From NCBI GenBank assembly GCA_964409525.1, contig CAYPDV010000002.1, positions 4,047-64,048 on the forward strand: DNA of 60,002 nt, in the 5' to 3' direction. Shown in pieces: positions 1 through 9,210 of this stretch. Numbering within the stretch: the first letter of the stretch is position 1; each line of letters opens with the position of its first letter. This stretch comes from an uncultured Gemmatimonadaceae bacterium (GTDB lineage Bacteria; Gemmatimonadota; Gemmatimonadetes; Longimicrobiales; Gaopeijiaceae). Under the pieces are notes generated by a model. The model made no database searches. It was given only the letters and a program-made list of their open reading frames with translations, and was not told where the DNA came from. A program made the translations under genes and the position numbers.

Positions 1-85
1 TCTCTCGGGATCCGCCCGCCCGGTCGGGACCGGATGCAGACGGAAGAACGTCCGCGGCCCAGGTAGGGTTCCGGGTATCGCCGCC

Positions 86-748
86 TCAGTCCACCCTCTC
101 CCGGATCTCCTCCTGGCGCTCGACCATGGACTGGAAGTTCCCCGTCACCGATTGCCACACCAGGACTCCGCCGAGGATCACGAGCGCCGCTCCCGCCCCC
201 TGGAGCACGCGCTTCCGTCCCGTGAGGTCGAGCAGGCTCCGGCCGCGGGAGGCGGCCCACGCGATGGCGGCGGTGGTGGCGATCAGCACCGTGAAGAAGA
301 CGAGGACGAAGACCACGGCGTGGAGCGTGCCCTCCCGCCAGGCGCGCAGGAGGAGCGGCGAGGCGGCCACCAGCCAGAAGAGCCAGGGCGCCGGGGAAAG
401 GAGGCCCGCCGCGACGAGATGACCGAAGCGCGCGCTCTGCTCCGGATCGTCCCCGTCCTCCTCCAACCACCCCGCTCCGTTCCGGCGGAGGAAGCGGATC
501 CCGAGCCAGCCGAGGAGCAGCCCACCCGCGATCCCGACCCCGGTGAGAACCGCCCCGCTCACCCGGTCCAGGAGAAGAGTGGTCACCACCATGGGAGGCA
601 CGTCGGTGACGAGCGGCACGAAGGCCAGCCGCAGGGCGGGGCGGAGGCCCCGCTCGACGGCGGTTCCGGCCACGACCGTGGTGTAGGGGCCCGGCACGAC
701 GCCGGTGAGCACGGCGAGCAGCACGGCCGTCAGGAGGGTTTCGGGCAT
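86..748 (-). CDS. LysE/RhtB-family amino-acid exporter (220 aa)
   Basis: Last 220 codons of ORF 86..2338, starting at ATG 748 (MPETLLTAVLLAVLTGVVPGP...). It has about six hydrophobic segments and the size and layout typical of LysE/RhtB translocators. The upstream part of the long ORF is Arg/Pro/Gly-rich and antisense to hypF, so it is an artefact. Confidence 0.72.
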   Translation of the reverse strand: MPETLLTAVLLAVLTGVVPGPYTTVVAGTAVERGLRPALRLAFVPLVTDVPPMVVTTLLLDRVSGAVLTGVGIAGGLLLGWLGIRFLRRNGAGWLEEDGDDPEQSARFGHLVAAGLLSPAPWLFWLVAASPLLLRAWREGTLHAVVFVLVFFTVLIATTAAIAWAASRGRSLLDLTGRKRVLQGAGAALVILGGVLVWQSVTGNFQSMVERQEEIRERVD

Positions 749-937
749 CGGGGGGTGCGCACGGCAGGGACCGCGCCACGGTGCGCGTCCTCCCCGCGCC
801 GAGACGTCCGGCCGCCGGGCGGTCGTCGGCAGTCCAGCGCGGTGGATCCGGGGGCGCCCGGGGGCTTCAGATGGCGCGGATCCTGCAGCCGGAGCGAGGT
901 CTCGCGGTGAGCTTCCTCCCACCTCCCCGGCTTCCGC

Positions 938-3331
938 TTGTCGCCCCGAGCCCTCCACCTGGACCGCCGTGCCGTCCACGTCGAGGGACAGGTCCAGGGC
1001 GTGGGCTTCCGCCCCTTCGTCCACGGCCTGGCGGAACGGCTGGGGCTCAGTGGCTGGGTCCGGAACGATCCGGACGGGGTGTTCGTCGAGATCGAGGGCG
1101 AGCCCGCGCGCCTGGACGATTTTCTGAAGGCGCTCCGCGACGGCCCGCCGGCGCTGGCCGAGGTGGAGTCGATCGAGGCGCGCCCGCTCCGCCCCCGGGG
1201 CTCCCGCGGCTTCCGGATCGTCGCGAGCCGGGAGGGCCGCTCGGAGCGGACCCCGCTGCCTCCGGATGCGGCCAGTTGCCCCGAGTGCCTCCGCGAGCTG
1301 CGTGATCCGGCCGACCGCCGGCACGGCTACCCCTTCCTGAACTGCACCCGCTGCGGGCCCCGCTTCACGATCGTACGCTCGGTGCCGTACGATCGGGCGC
1401 GGACGACGATGTCGGACTTCGTCCTCTGCGACCGCTGCCGCGAGGAGTGCGAGGACCCCACCGACCGCCGCTTCCACGCCCAGCCGACCGCGTGCCCCGG
1501 GTGCGGGCCGAAACTCTCGCTGCTCGGCGCGGACGGGAGGAAGCTCGCGGACCCCGATCCGCTGGGCAGGGTGGCCTCGGCGCTCCTCCACGGCCGGGTC
1601 GTCGCCGTGAAGGGCCTGGGCGGATTCCACCTGGCGTGCGACGCGACGAGCGCGGAGGCCGTCGGCCGGCTCCGGCGGCGGAAGGCCCGCGATCGGAAGC
1701 CGTTCGCCGTCATGGTGCCGGACCTGGACGCCGCCCGCCGCCTCTGCACGACGGACCCGGAAGAGGAGGCGCTCCTCACCTCGGTCGCCGCGCCCGTCGT
1801 CCTGCTGCGGCGGCGGGAAGACCCCCCTTCCGCGGCGGGGGCCGAGCACGCGGCGGGGGCCGAGGACGCGGCAGGACGGATCGCGCCCGGGGTGGCGCCG
1901 GAAAACCGCTATCTGGGGTTGATGCTCCCCTACACGCCGCTCCACCACCTCCTGCTCGAGCGGGTGGGACGGCCGCTCGTGCTGACGAGCGGGAACCGCT
2001 CCGGCGAGCCGATCGCCTGCAGGAACGAGGACGTGGTGGAGCGCCTCGGCGGGATCGCCGATCTCTTCCTGGTCCACGATCGGCCGATCCGGACCCGGTG
2101 CGACGACAGCGTGCTCCAGGTCGCCTGCGGCGGGCCCGTGCCGATCCGGCGCTCCCGCGGCTTCGTGCCCCGACCGCTGCCCCTCCCGGTCCGGGCTTCG
2201 GAGCCCCTCCTCGCACTCGGGGGCCACCTGAAGAACACCTTCTGCGTGGCGGCGGGCGAGCACGCCCACCTCTCGCCGCACGTGGGCGACCTGGACGATC
2301 CGGAGGCGCTCGCGGGCCTCCGTGAGCAGATCGCCCACCTCTGCTCGCTATGCGACGTCGAGCCGACCCTCGTGGTGCGGGACCTCCACCCCGACTACGC
2401 CACCACCCGGCTCGCCGACGAGCTCGAGGCGGAGGGGCTCCGGAGCGTGGCGGTGCAGCACCATCACGCCCACGTCGCCTCGTGCGCCGCGGAGCACGGC
2501 CACCGGGGGCCGGTGATCGGCGTCGCCTTCGACGGGAGCGGGTACGGGCCGGACGGCACGGTGTGGGGAGGCGAGTTCCTCCTCGCCTCCCTCTCCGGCT
2601 TCCGTCGGGTCGGACACCTCGCCCCGGTCCTCCTTCCCGGCGGCGAGGCGGCCGTCCGGGAACCGTGGCGGATGGCGCTCGCCCACGTCCGACGCGCCGG
2701 AGTCGGCCGGAGGGGTACCGACGGGAGCGGAGATCTCGGCGGGTCCGGGACCGCCGAGGTCCGAGAGCTCTTCCCGGACGTGGATCCGGAGCGGATCGAG
2801 GGCGTGGAGGAGCTCCTCCGGAGCGGCGTGGCGAGTCCTCCCACATCCAGCGTAGGGCGCCTTTTCGACGCGGTCGCCGCGCTCGTCGGCATCCGGACGA
2901 CCGTCCGATTCGAGGCGGAGGCCGCCATGGCACTCGAAGCCGCCGTGGACGCCGGGGAACACGGAAGCTACCCGGTCGATCTCGTGGAAGGGGAGTCCGC
3001 CCCCTGGACGTGGGATCCCGCACGGATCGTGCATCGAGTGCTCGACGATCGTGCCGCCGGCACGGCCGAAGGCCGGATCGCCGCCCGCTTCCACAAGGCG
3101 GTAGCCGACGCCGTGGTGGCCGGCTGCCTCCGGGCCCGCGCCGAATGCGGGGTCGAGACCGTGGCGCTCACAGGAGGGGTGTTCTTGAACCGGATCCTCA
3201 CCGAACGAGCCGTCCCCGCGCTGGAGCGGAGGGGCTTCCGGGTCCTCCTCCACCGACGGACTCCCCCGGGGGACGGCGGGCTGAGCTTCGGACAGGCGGT
3301 GGTCGCGGCGGCCCGGCTGGGAGGAGACTGA
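938..3331 (+). CDS. hypF: [NiFe]-hydrogenase maturation carbamoyltransferase HypF
   Basis: 797 aa. Acylphosphatase motif VEGQVQGVGFRPFV. Paired CxxC zinc fingers (CPECLREL...CTRCGPRF; CDRCREEC...CPGCGPK). YrdC-like VAVKGLGGFHLACDA. Kae1-like C-terminal half (HHHAH..., LTGGVFLN). The start is a TTG with no obvious RBS, so the start is uncertain. Confidence 0.95.
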   Translation: MSPRALHLDRRAVHVEGQVQGVGFRPFVHGLAERLGLSGWVRNDPDGVFVEIEGEPARLDDFLKALRDGPPALAEVESIEARPLRPRGSRGFRIVASREGRSERTPLPPDAASCPECLRELRDPADRRHGYPFLNCTRCGPRFTIVRSVPYDRARTTMSDFVLCDRCREECEDPTDRRFHAQPTACPGCGPKLSLLGADGRKLADPDPLGRVASALLHGRVVAVKGLGGFHLACDATSAEAVGRLRRRKARDRKPFAVMVPDLDAARRLCTTDPEEEALLTSVAAPVVLLRRREDPPSAAGAEHAAGAEDAAGRIAPGVAPENRYLGLMLPYTPLHHLLLERVGRPLVLTSGNRSGEPIACRNEDVVERLGGIADLFLVHDRPIRTRCDDSVLQVACGGPVPIRRSRGFVPRPLPLPVRASEPLLALGGHLKNTFCVAAGEHAHLSPHVGDLDDPEALAGLREQIAHLCSLCDVEPTLVVRDLHPDYATTRLADELEAEGLRSVAVQHHHAHVASCAAEHGHRGPVIGVAFDGSGYGPDGTVWGGEFLLASLSGFRRVGHLAPVLLPGGEAAVREPWRMALAHVRRAGVGRRGTDGSGDLGGSGTAEVRELFPDVDPERIEGVEELLRSGVASPPTSSVGRLFDAVAALVGIRTTVRFEAEAAMALEAAVDAGEHGSYPVDLVEGESAPWTWDPARIVHRVLDDRAAGTAEGRIAARFHKAVADAVVAGCLRARAECGVETVALTGGVFLNRILTERAVPALERRGFRVLLHRRTPPGDGGLSFGQAVVAAARLGGD

Positions 3332-3334
3332 GCC

Positions 3335-3607
3335 GTGTGCCTGGGGATCCCCGGACGGGTCGAGGAGTTCGTCACCGACGACCGGCACATCGCCCGGGTG
3401 GACGTATCCGGCGTGCGTCGGAAGGTCAACGTCGCGCTCCTCCTGCCGGACGGGCTCGAGGTCGACGACTGGGTGCTCATCCACGTCGGCTTCGCCCTCT
3501 CGAAGATCGACGAGGAGGAAGCGGCGGAGACCTGGGCGTTTCTCGAGAGTCTCGGCGGCGAGCTCGACCAGGAGCTCGAGGACTTCACCGGGAGTGACAT
3601 CGGATGA
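3335..3607 (+). CDS. hypC: Hydrogenase assembly chaperone HypC/HupF
   Basis: 90 aa. Canonical N-terminus M-C-L-G-I-P-G-RV, then ...DDWVLIHVGFALSKIDEEEA. GTG start 3 nt after the hypF stop. Confidence 0.92.
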   Translation: MCLGIPGRVEEFVTDDRHIARVDVSGVRRKVNVALLLPDGLEVDDWVLIHVGFALSKIDEEEAAETWAFLESLGGELDQELEDFTGSDIG

Positions 3608-4149
3608 AGGGGTCGGAGCTCCAGGCGCTCGGACGCACCCGCTTCTCGGCCGTGGCCGAGGCCTCCGACGTCTTCTTCGACCGCGAGGCCGACCGCATCA
3701 GCACGGCGTGCCGCGACATGGCGCGCCGCTTCCATCGCGGCGGGCGACTCCTGGCCGTGGGTGAGGGCGCCGCGGGCCGCTCCGACGCCCGCCACGTGGC
3801 GGTGGAGTTCGTCCATCCGGTTCTCGTCGGCAAGCGCGCGCTTCCGGCGCTGGCGCTCGAGGCCCCGCAGAGCGGACCCCGGCGGCTCGCCACCCTCTCC
3901 GAGCCGGACGACATGCTGCTGGCGATGTCCGCCCGGGGCGCCGGCCGCCTGGACGCATGGACGGAGAAAGCGCGTGAGCGGGGCCTCCTCACGCTCGCGA
4001 CGCTCGGACGGGAGAGCCTCGAGGTCGACCACCTCTTCGTGGTGGCACACGACGATCCCACGGTCGTCCAGGAGGTCCACGAGACCCTCTACCACGTGCT
4101 CTGGGAGCTGGTGCACGTCTTCTTCGAGAACGAGAAGGTGCTCGCATGA
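3604..4149 (+). CDS. SIS-domain (GmhA/phosphoheptose-isomerase-like) protein, divergent copy
   Basis: 181 aa. GGRLLAVGEGAAGRSDARHVAVEFVHPVLVGKRALPALAL parallels the GmhA G-N-G-G-S-x-x-D-A-x-H...alPaiaL block but with substitutions. ATGA overlap with hypC. Confidence 0.7.
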   Translation: MKGSELQALGRTRFSAVAEASDVFFDREADRISTACRDMARRFHRGGRLLAVGEGAAGRSDARHVAVEFVHPVLVGKRALPALALEAPQSGPRRLATLSEPDDMLLAMSARGAGRLDAWTEKARERGLLTLATLGRESLEVDHLFVVAHDDPTVVQEVHETLYHVLWELVHVFFENEKVLA

Positions 4150-4451
4150 CACCGGTGGCGTCCGACGCGGGAGACGCCGGTGGCGGGAGCCCGGCATCGT
4201 GCGAGCCCACCGACCACGGTCCGGGGCACTGCGTGGTGTGCACCGACGAGGGCCGGGTGGGGCGCGTCCTCGAGATCGTCGACGCACGCTCTGCGAGGGT
4301 GCGCTTCGACGACGGCGACGAGGTGGTCGCCCTCGATCTCGTGGACGGGGCGGAGGTCGGAGTGGATCTCGTCGTCCACGGGGGGTTCGCGATCGCCTCG
4401 CTGGCGGGCGATGCAGGCGCCCTGCGCTCCCGCAGGACCCGCCGTGGCTGA
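4146..4451 (+). CDS. Second HypC/HupF-like chaperone
   Basis: The C-terminal 70 aa resemble HypC (CTDEGRVGRVLEIVD...VDLVVHGGFAIASL). The long ORF starts with an ATGA overlap at 4146. An in-frame GTG at 4236 would give the functional M-C N-terminus (MCTDEGRV...), so the true start may be 4236. Confidence 0.7.
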   Translation: MTPVASDAGDAGGGSPASCEPTDHGPGHCVVCTDEGRVGRVLEIVDARSARVRFDDGDEVVALDLVDGAEVGVDLVVHGGFAIASLAGDAGALRSRRTRRG

Positions 4452-5190
4452 CCCCACCCGCGGCCTCTACCCCTTCCTGGACGACGAGCGCACCTCCTCG
4501 GCCGCCGTGGAGGAGAGGGTCCTGGCCGAGGTCCGCGAATCCACGCTCGCCAAGGCGCGCGCCGTGACCGCCCTCAGGGACGCCCTCTGGGCACGATCCG
4601 GGGAGGCCCTCTGCCGCGCGGCCGTGATGATGGCCAGCTCGTTCCGCGACGGCGGGAAGGTCCTCTCCTTCGGCAACGGGGGAAGCGCGACGGACGCCGA
4701 GGACCTGGTCGCCGACCTGCTCCATCCCCCGGACCCGGAGGCGGATTCCCTGCCGGCGCTCGACCTCGGCGCCGACCCCGCGATCCTGACGGCGCTGGCC
4801 AACGACATCGGCCCCGACCACGTCTTCCTCCGGCAGCTCGTCGCGTACGGCCGGGCCGGGGACGTGGCGGTCGGGTTCAGCACCAGCGGCCGGAGCGGAA
4901 GCGTGGTGGAGGCGCTCCGTGAGGCGGCTCGGCGGGGTCTCGGAACCCTCGCCTTCACCGGCTACGACGGGGGCGTGCTCCGCGACGCGAGCTGGCTCGA
5001 CGTCCTGGTGGTCGCACCGTCCCAGCACATCCCCCGGATCCAGGAGGCCCACGCCACCGCCTACCACACCCTCCTCGTCCTGGTGCGCCACCTCCTCGCT
5101 TCCGAGGCGCCCCGGTCGGGTCACTCGACGTCCGCACCTTCCGCATCGTCCCGGCCCGCCGGGACCTCCGCGCACCCCGGGCTCCGATGA
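4444..5190 (+). CDS. SIS-domain phosphoheptose-isomerase-like protein (GmhA family)
   Basis: In-frame GTG at 4444 within ORF 4180..5190 (VADPTRGLYPF...), overlapping the previous stop as GTGGCTGA. GGKVLSFGNGGSATDAEDLVADL..., GDVAVGFSTSGRSGSVVEAL and LAFTGYDGG are typical GmhA/SIS blocks. Confidence 0.8.
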   Translation: MADPTRGLYPFLDDERTSSAAVEERVLAEVRESTLAKARAVTALRDALWARSGEALCRAAVMMASSFRDGGKVLSFGNGGSATDAEDLVADLLHPPDPEADSLPALDLGADPAILTALANDIGPDHVFLRQLVAYGRAGDVAVGFSTSGRSGSVVEALREAARRGLGTLAFTGYDGGVLRDASWLDVLVVAPSQHIPRIQEAHATAYHTLLVLVRHLLASEAPRSGHSTSAPSASSRPAGTSAHPGLR

Positions 5191-6386
5191 AGCACCTCGA
5201 CGAGTACCGCGACCCGGTCGTCGCCCGGCGCCTCCTGGACCGGATCGCCGACCTCGCCGACGACGACGAGTTCAACCTCATGGAGGTCTGCGGGGGTCAC
5301 ACGTACACGATCTACCACCACGGGATCGACCAGCTCCTGCCCGACGGGGTGGAGCTGGTCCACGGCCCGGGGTGCCCCGTCTGCATCATGCCGATGGGGC
5401 GCGTGGACGACGCCCTCGACATCGCCCGGCGCGAGAACGTGCTCTTCACCACCTTCGGCGACATGATGCGGGTGCCGGGGAGCGAGGAGAGCCTGCTGGA
5501 CGCGAAGGCGCAGGGGGCCGAGGTCCGCTTCGTCTACTCCCCGCTCGACGCGCTCCGGATCGCGACGGAGAACCCCGACCGCGAGGTGGTCTTCTTCGCC
5601 GTCGGCTTCGAGACGACCGCCCCCTCGACGGCCGTGACGCTGCTCCGCGCACGGGAGGCCGGCATCGGCAACTTCTCGGTCTTCTGCAACCACGTCACGA
5701 TCCTGCCGGCGATCAAGGCGATCCTCGACTCGCCGGGGATGCTCCTCGACGGTTTCCTCGGCCCGGGCCACGTGTCCACGATCATCGGCACCGAGCCGTT
5801 CCGCTGGATCCCGGAGCGCTACGAGCGCCCGGTCGTCATCTCCGGCTTCGAGCCCCTCGACATCATCCACTCCGTGCTCATGCTCCTGGAGCAGCTCCGG
5901 GGCGGGCGACGCGAGGTCGAGAACCAGTACAAGCGCGTCGTGCGCCCGGAGGGGAACCCGAAGGCGGTCGAGGCGATCCACGAGACGATGGAGATGCGGC
6001 CGCAGTACGAGTGGCGGGGCCTCGGCTTCATCAGCGAGAGCGCGCTCCGGATCCGGGACGAGTTCGCCGACTGGGACGCGGAGCGGCGGTTCCCGGTCCC
6101 GGGGATCCGCGTGGCGGACCCCAAGGCGTGCCAGTGCGGCGAGGTCCTGAAGGGAGTCCTCAAGCCGTGGGAGTGCCGCGTCTTCGGAACCGAGTGCACC
6201 CCCGACGATCCGCTCGGAAGCCCGATGGTATCTTCCGAGGGCGCCTGCGCCGCGGCGTTCAAGTACGGCCGTCTCGGGCTGAGGGAGAAGGCCCGGGCGG
6301 AGCGCGACGGCGCTGCCCTGCCGATCGTGGGATCCAGGCCCGCGCCCGAGCCGGACCGGGAGCCACGGCCGGGGGAGGCACCGTGA
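5187..6386 (+). CDS. hypD: Hydrogenase maturation Fe-S protein HypD
   Basis: 399 aa. MKHLDEYRDP..., EVCGGHT, GPGCPVC and FETTAPS motifs. ATGA overlap with the upstream gene. Confidence 0.95.
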   Translation: MKHLDEYRDPVVARRLLDRIADLADDDEFNLMEVCGGHTYTIYHHGIDQLLPDGVELVHGPGCPVCIMPMGRVDDALDIARRENVLFTTFGDMMRVPGSEESLLDAKAQGAEVRFVYSPLDALRIATENPDREVVFFAVGFETTAPSTAVTLLRAREAGIGNFSVFCNHVTILPAIKAILDSPGMLLDGFLGPGHVSTIIGTEPFRWIPERYERPVVISGFEPLDIIHSVLMLLEQLRGGRREVENQYKRVVRPEGNPKAVEAIHETMEMRPQYEWRGLGFISESALRIRDEFADWDAERRFPVPGIRVADPKACQCGEVLKGVLKPWECRVFGTECTPDDPLGSPMVSSEGACAAAFKYGRLGLREKARAERDGAALPIVGSRPAPEPDREPRPGEAP

Positions 6387-7489
6387 GCGCGGAGAACGGC
6401 CGGGGCCTCTCCGAGGTCCTCCGGGAGATCGAGGAGGCGGAGCGGACCCGGCGCGAGGGGGGAAGCGCCTCCGTCGGGCCCCGGATCACGCTCAGCCACG
6501 GCTCGGGCGGGAGGGCGACCCAGAAGCTCATCGACGGACTTTTCCGCCCCCTTCTCGACGATCCCGTCCTCGGCCGGATGGACGACGCGGCCGTCCTCGA
6601 GCTGGACGGGATGGAGGCGCGGCTCGCCTTCACCACCGACTCCTTCGTCGTGCGGCCACTCTTCTTCCCGGGAGGCGACATCGGCTCCCTCGCGGTCCAC
6701 GGGACGGTGAACGACCTCGCCGTGGTCGGCGCACGCCCCCTCTTCGTCTCCGTGGGCCTGATCCTCGAGGAGGGGCTGGACACGGAGGTCCTCGAGCGGG
6801 TCGTGCGCTCGCTCGGCGAGGCGGCGGACCGGGCCGACGTCCGGGTGGTCGCCGGCGACACCAAGGTGGTGGAGAAAGGGAAGGGCGACGGCCTCTACCT
6901 GAACACGTCCGGGATCGGCGTGGTGCGCCCCGACGTCGAGCTCTCTCCGGCCGGTGCCCGCGCGGGCGACCGGATCCTCGTCTCCGGCTCGATCGGCGAG
7001 CACGGGGTCGCCGTCCTGCTCGCCCGGGAGGATCTGGCCCTCGAGTCGGACATCGTGAGCGACACGGCCCCGCTCAACGGCCTCACGCGGGTCCTCCTCG
7101 ACGAGGCGGGCGAGGGTGTGCGCTGTCTCCGGGACGCCACCCGGGGGGGCGTGGCCGCGGTCCTCAACGAGATCGCCCGCGCTTCGGGCGTCGCGGTGGA
7201 GCTGCACGAGGAGTCGATCCCGCTGCGGAGGGACGTGCGCGGCGCCTGCGAGCTGCTCGGGATCGACCCGCTGCACATGGCGAACGAGGGGCGGATGGTC
7301 GCGATCGTCTCGCCCGACCGCGCCGACCGGGCGCTGGAGGTCCTGCGCTCCCATCCCCTGGGAGAAGGCGCGCGGGAGATCGGCGTCGTCGGAGAAGATC
7401 CGCCGGGGACGGTGTACGTGCGGACGGCGCTCGGCGGGAGCCGGGTGCTGGACACGCTGGTCGGCGACGCGCTGCCCCGGATCTGCTGA
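6383..7489 (+). CDS. hypE: Hydrogenase maturation carbamoyl dehydratase HypE
   Basis: In-frame GTG at 6383 in ORF 4919..7489 (GTGA overlap with hypD). ITLSHGSGGRATQKLI and the AIR-synthase-like fold, with the diagnostic C-terminus ...GDALPRIC. The part of the ORF upstream of 6383 overlaps hypD and is an artefact. Confidence 0.95.
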   Translation: MSAENGRGLSEVLREIEEAERTRREGGSASVGPRITLSHGSGGRATQKLIDGLFRPLLDDPVLGRMDDAAVLELDGMEARLAFTTDSFVVRPLFFPGGDIGSLAVHGTVNDLAVVGARPLFVSVGLILEEGLDTEVLERVVRSLGEAADRADVRVVAGDTKVVEKGKGDGLYLNTSGIGVVRPDVELSPAGARAGDRILVSGSIGEHGVAVLLAREDLALESDIVSDTAPLNGLTRVLLDEAGEGVRCLRDATRGGVAAVLNEIARASGVAVELHEESIPLRRDVRGACELLGIDPLHMANEGRMVAIVSPDRADRALEVLRSHPLGEGAREIGVVGEDPPGTVYVRTALGGSRVLDTLVGDALPRIC

Positions 7490-7565
7490 GGAGGCGAGAG
7501 GAGTCGGCGCCGGAGGGCGGCACGGTCCTCGCAGCCCCTGACGGCACTCACGGACGGAGGGGACG

Positions 7566-8867
7566 ATGGCCCAGACGGACACGCCGGTCCCGGTCCAGGA
7601 GCGGGGCAGCGAGATCCCCCCCTCGGGGTCGCTCCACGCCACTTCGCAGGAGCGCCTCGAGCGGGCCCGGGAGAAGCCCCGCTCCGAGCTCCTGCCGGAA
7701 GGGCCGATCGACACGATCCACGTCTTCTGGCTCGCCGGTATGAGCTGCGACGGCTGCACCATCTCCACCGCCGGAGCGACGAACCCGAGCATCGAGGACC
7801 TCCTCAACGGGACGCTTCCCGGGCTTCCGAAGGTGGAGCTACACCACCCGGTGCTCTCCGTCGAGGCGGGCGACGAGTTCGTCCGCAACTACGAGATGGC
7901 GGTGGAGGGAGAGCTCGAGGCGCCGTACGTCGTGGTCTACGAGGGCTCGATCGCGGACGAGTCGATCGCCCAGCGTACGGGCGGATACTGGTCGGCCATG
8001 GGCGTGGAGGTGATGGACGGCAGTCCGCAGCCCCGGTCCACGGCCGGCTGGCTCGAGCGGATGGCCGAGGATGCGGCGGCCGTGATCGCCATCGGAACGT
8101 GCGCCACGTGGGGGGGGATCCCGGCGGCCGTGGGAAACCCCACCGGCGCGATGAGCGTGATGGACCTCCTCGGCGAGGACTTCCGGAGCGCCTTCGGGCT
8201 CCCGGTGGTGAACGTCCCCGGGTGCGCTCCGCTGGGCGACAACTTCACGGAGACGGTAGCCGCGATCCTCCTCTACCTGCAGGGGATCGGGCCGATTCCC
8301 GAGTTCGACTCCCTCGGCCGGCCCGCCTGGCTCTTCGAGGAGACGGTCCACCACGGCTGCACCCGGGCCGGATACTACGAGGAAGGCCTCTTCGCCGAGG
8401 AGTACGGGGACAAGGAGTGCCTGGTGGAGGTCGGCTGCTGGGGGCCGGTGGTCAACTGCAACATCGTGAAGAGGGGGGCCATCAACCACCACGGCGGATG
8501 CATGGAGGCCGGAGGCGTCTGCATCGGCTGCACGATGCCGGGCTTTCCCGACAAGTTCAGCCCCTTCTACAAGACCCCTCCCGGCTCCATGCTCTCGACC
8601 ATGGGATCGCGCACCCTGGGCTCGGTGGTCCGGCGCCTCCGCTCCCTGTCCAACGAGAACCTGAACCGCGAGCCCCGCTGGGACGCTGCGGATCACGTGC
8701 CCACCGGGTGGGACCGGGTCCGCGAGCCGGGGTGGTTCCGGGACGTGCTCCACTTCTTCTACGAGGTCTGGCAGTTCTGGGGCGTGAAGAAGCCCGGCCG
8801 GAAGGGAGACGACGTGGAGTACCCCCTGTCCCGGCCGGGCCGGGACGAGGACTACCCGCTCGAATGA
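7566..8867 (+). CDS. [NiFe]-hydrogenase small subunit, no Tat signal, with C-terminal extension (HhyS/HylS-like)
   Basis: 433 aa. Cluster-ligand blocks GMSCDGCTIS, IGTCATWGGIP, VPGCAPLGD, HHGCTRAGYYE, CLVEVGCWGPVVNCN and GGCMEAGGVCIGCTMPGFPDKF. The N-terminus has no RRxFxK twin-arginine motif. RBS GGAGGGGA lies before ATG 7566. Confidence 0.93.
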   Translation: MAQTDTPVPVQERGSEIPPSGSLHATSQERLERAREKPRSELLPEGPIDTIHVFWLAGMSCDGCTISTAGATNPSIEDLLNGTLPGLPKVELHHPVLSVEAGDEFVRNYEMAVEGELEAPYVVVYEGSIADESIAQRTGGYWSAMGVEVMDGSPQPRSTAGWLERMAEDAAAVIAIGTCATWGGIPAAVGNPTGAMSVMDLLGEDFRSAFGLPVVNVPGCAPLGDNFTETVAAILLYLQGIGPIPEFDSLGRPAWLFEETVHHGCTRAGYYEEGLFAEEYGDKECLVEVGCWGPVVNCNIVKRGAINHHGGCMEAGGVCIGCTMPGFPDKFSPFYKTPPGSMLSTMGSRTLGSVVRRLRSLSNENLNREPRWDAADHVPTGWDRVREPGWFRDVLHFFYEVWQFWGVKKPGRKGDDVEYPLSRPGRDEDYPLE

Positions 8868-8883
8868 GCCCGAGGAGGATGCC

Positions 8884-9210
8884 GTGACCCCCTTCGAGGT
8901 CCCCGAGCTCTTCACCCGCTGGGAGTTCTGGTACGCGGTGGGAGGGGCGGTGGTCGTCGTCGCCGCGACCCTCCTCGTCGCGATCGTGCTCGTGGCGCGA
9001 AGCATCGACCGCGAGGCCCGACGGGCCCTGGAGGCGGTCCGGCGGATCCGCGGGAACACCGACGCGATCTGGGAGCTCGAGCCCGTCCTCCGCGACGTGG
9101 AAGCCGTCCATGGCCACGCCCGTGCGGTCGCCGAGGCGACCGACGGCCTGGCCAGGACCGTCCACGGGTCTCTCGGGGGCGCGGCGGCAGGATCGGAGGC
9201 GGAGCGATGA
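8884..9210 (+). CDS. Small single-pass membrane protein 1 of 5 between the hydrogenase subunit genes
   Basis: 108 aa. GTG start preceded by GAGGAGGA. One N-terminal hydrophobic helix (WYAVGGAVVVVAATLLVAIVLVA), then an Arg/Ala/Glu-rich helical tail. Stop overlaps the next start (ATGA). Confidence 0.7.
   Translation: MTPFEVPELFTRWEFWYAVGGAVVVVAATLLVAIVLVARSIDREARRALEAVRRIRGNTDAIWELEPVLRDVEAVHGHARAVAEATDGLARTVHGSLGGAAAGSEAER

Noticed and set aside
749-2338. Upstream 530 codons of the 750-aa minus-strand ORF 86..2338
   Set aside because: Arg/Pro/Gly/Ala-rich low-complexity translation lying antisense to the well-supported hypF. Only the last 220 codons (the LysE-like part) look like a real protein.
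4919-6382. Upstream 488 codons of ORF 4919..7489 as an N-terminal extension of HypE
   Set aside because: It overlaps the SIS2 and hypD genes out of frame and is low-complexity. HypE homology begins at GTG 6383.
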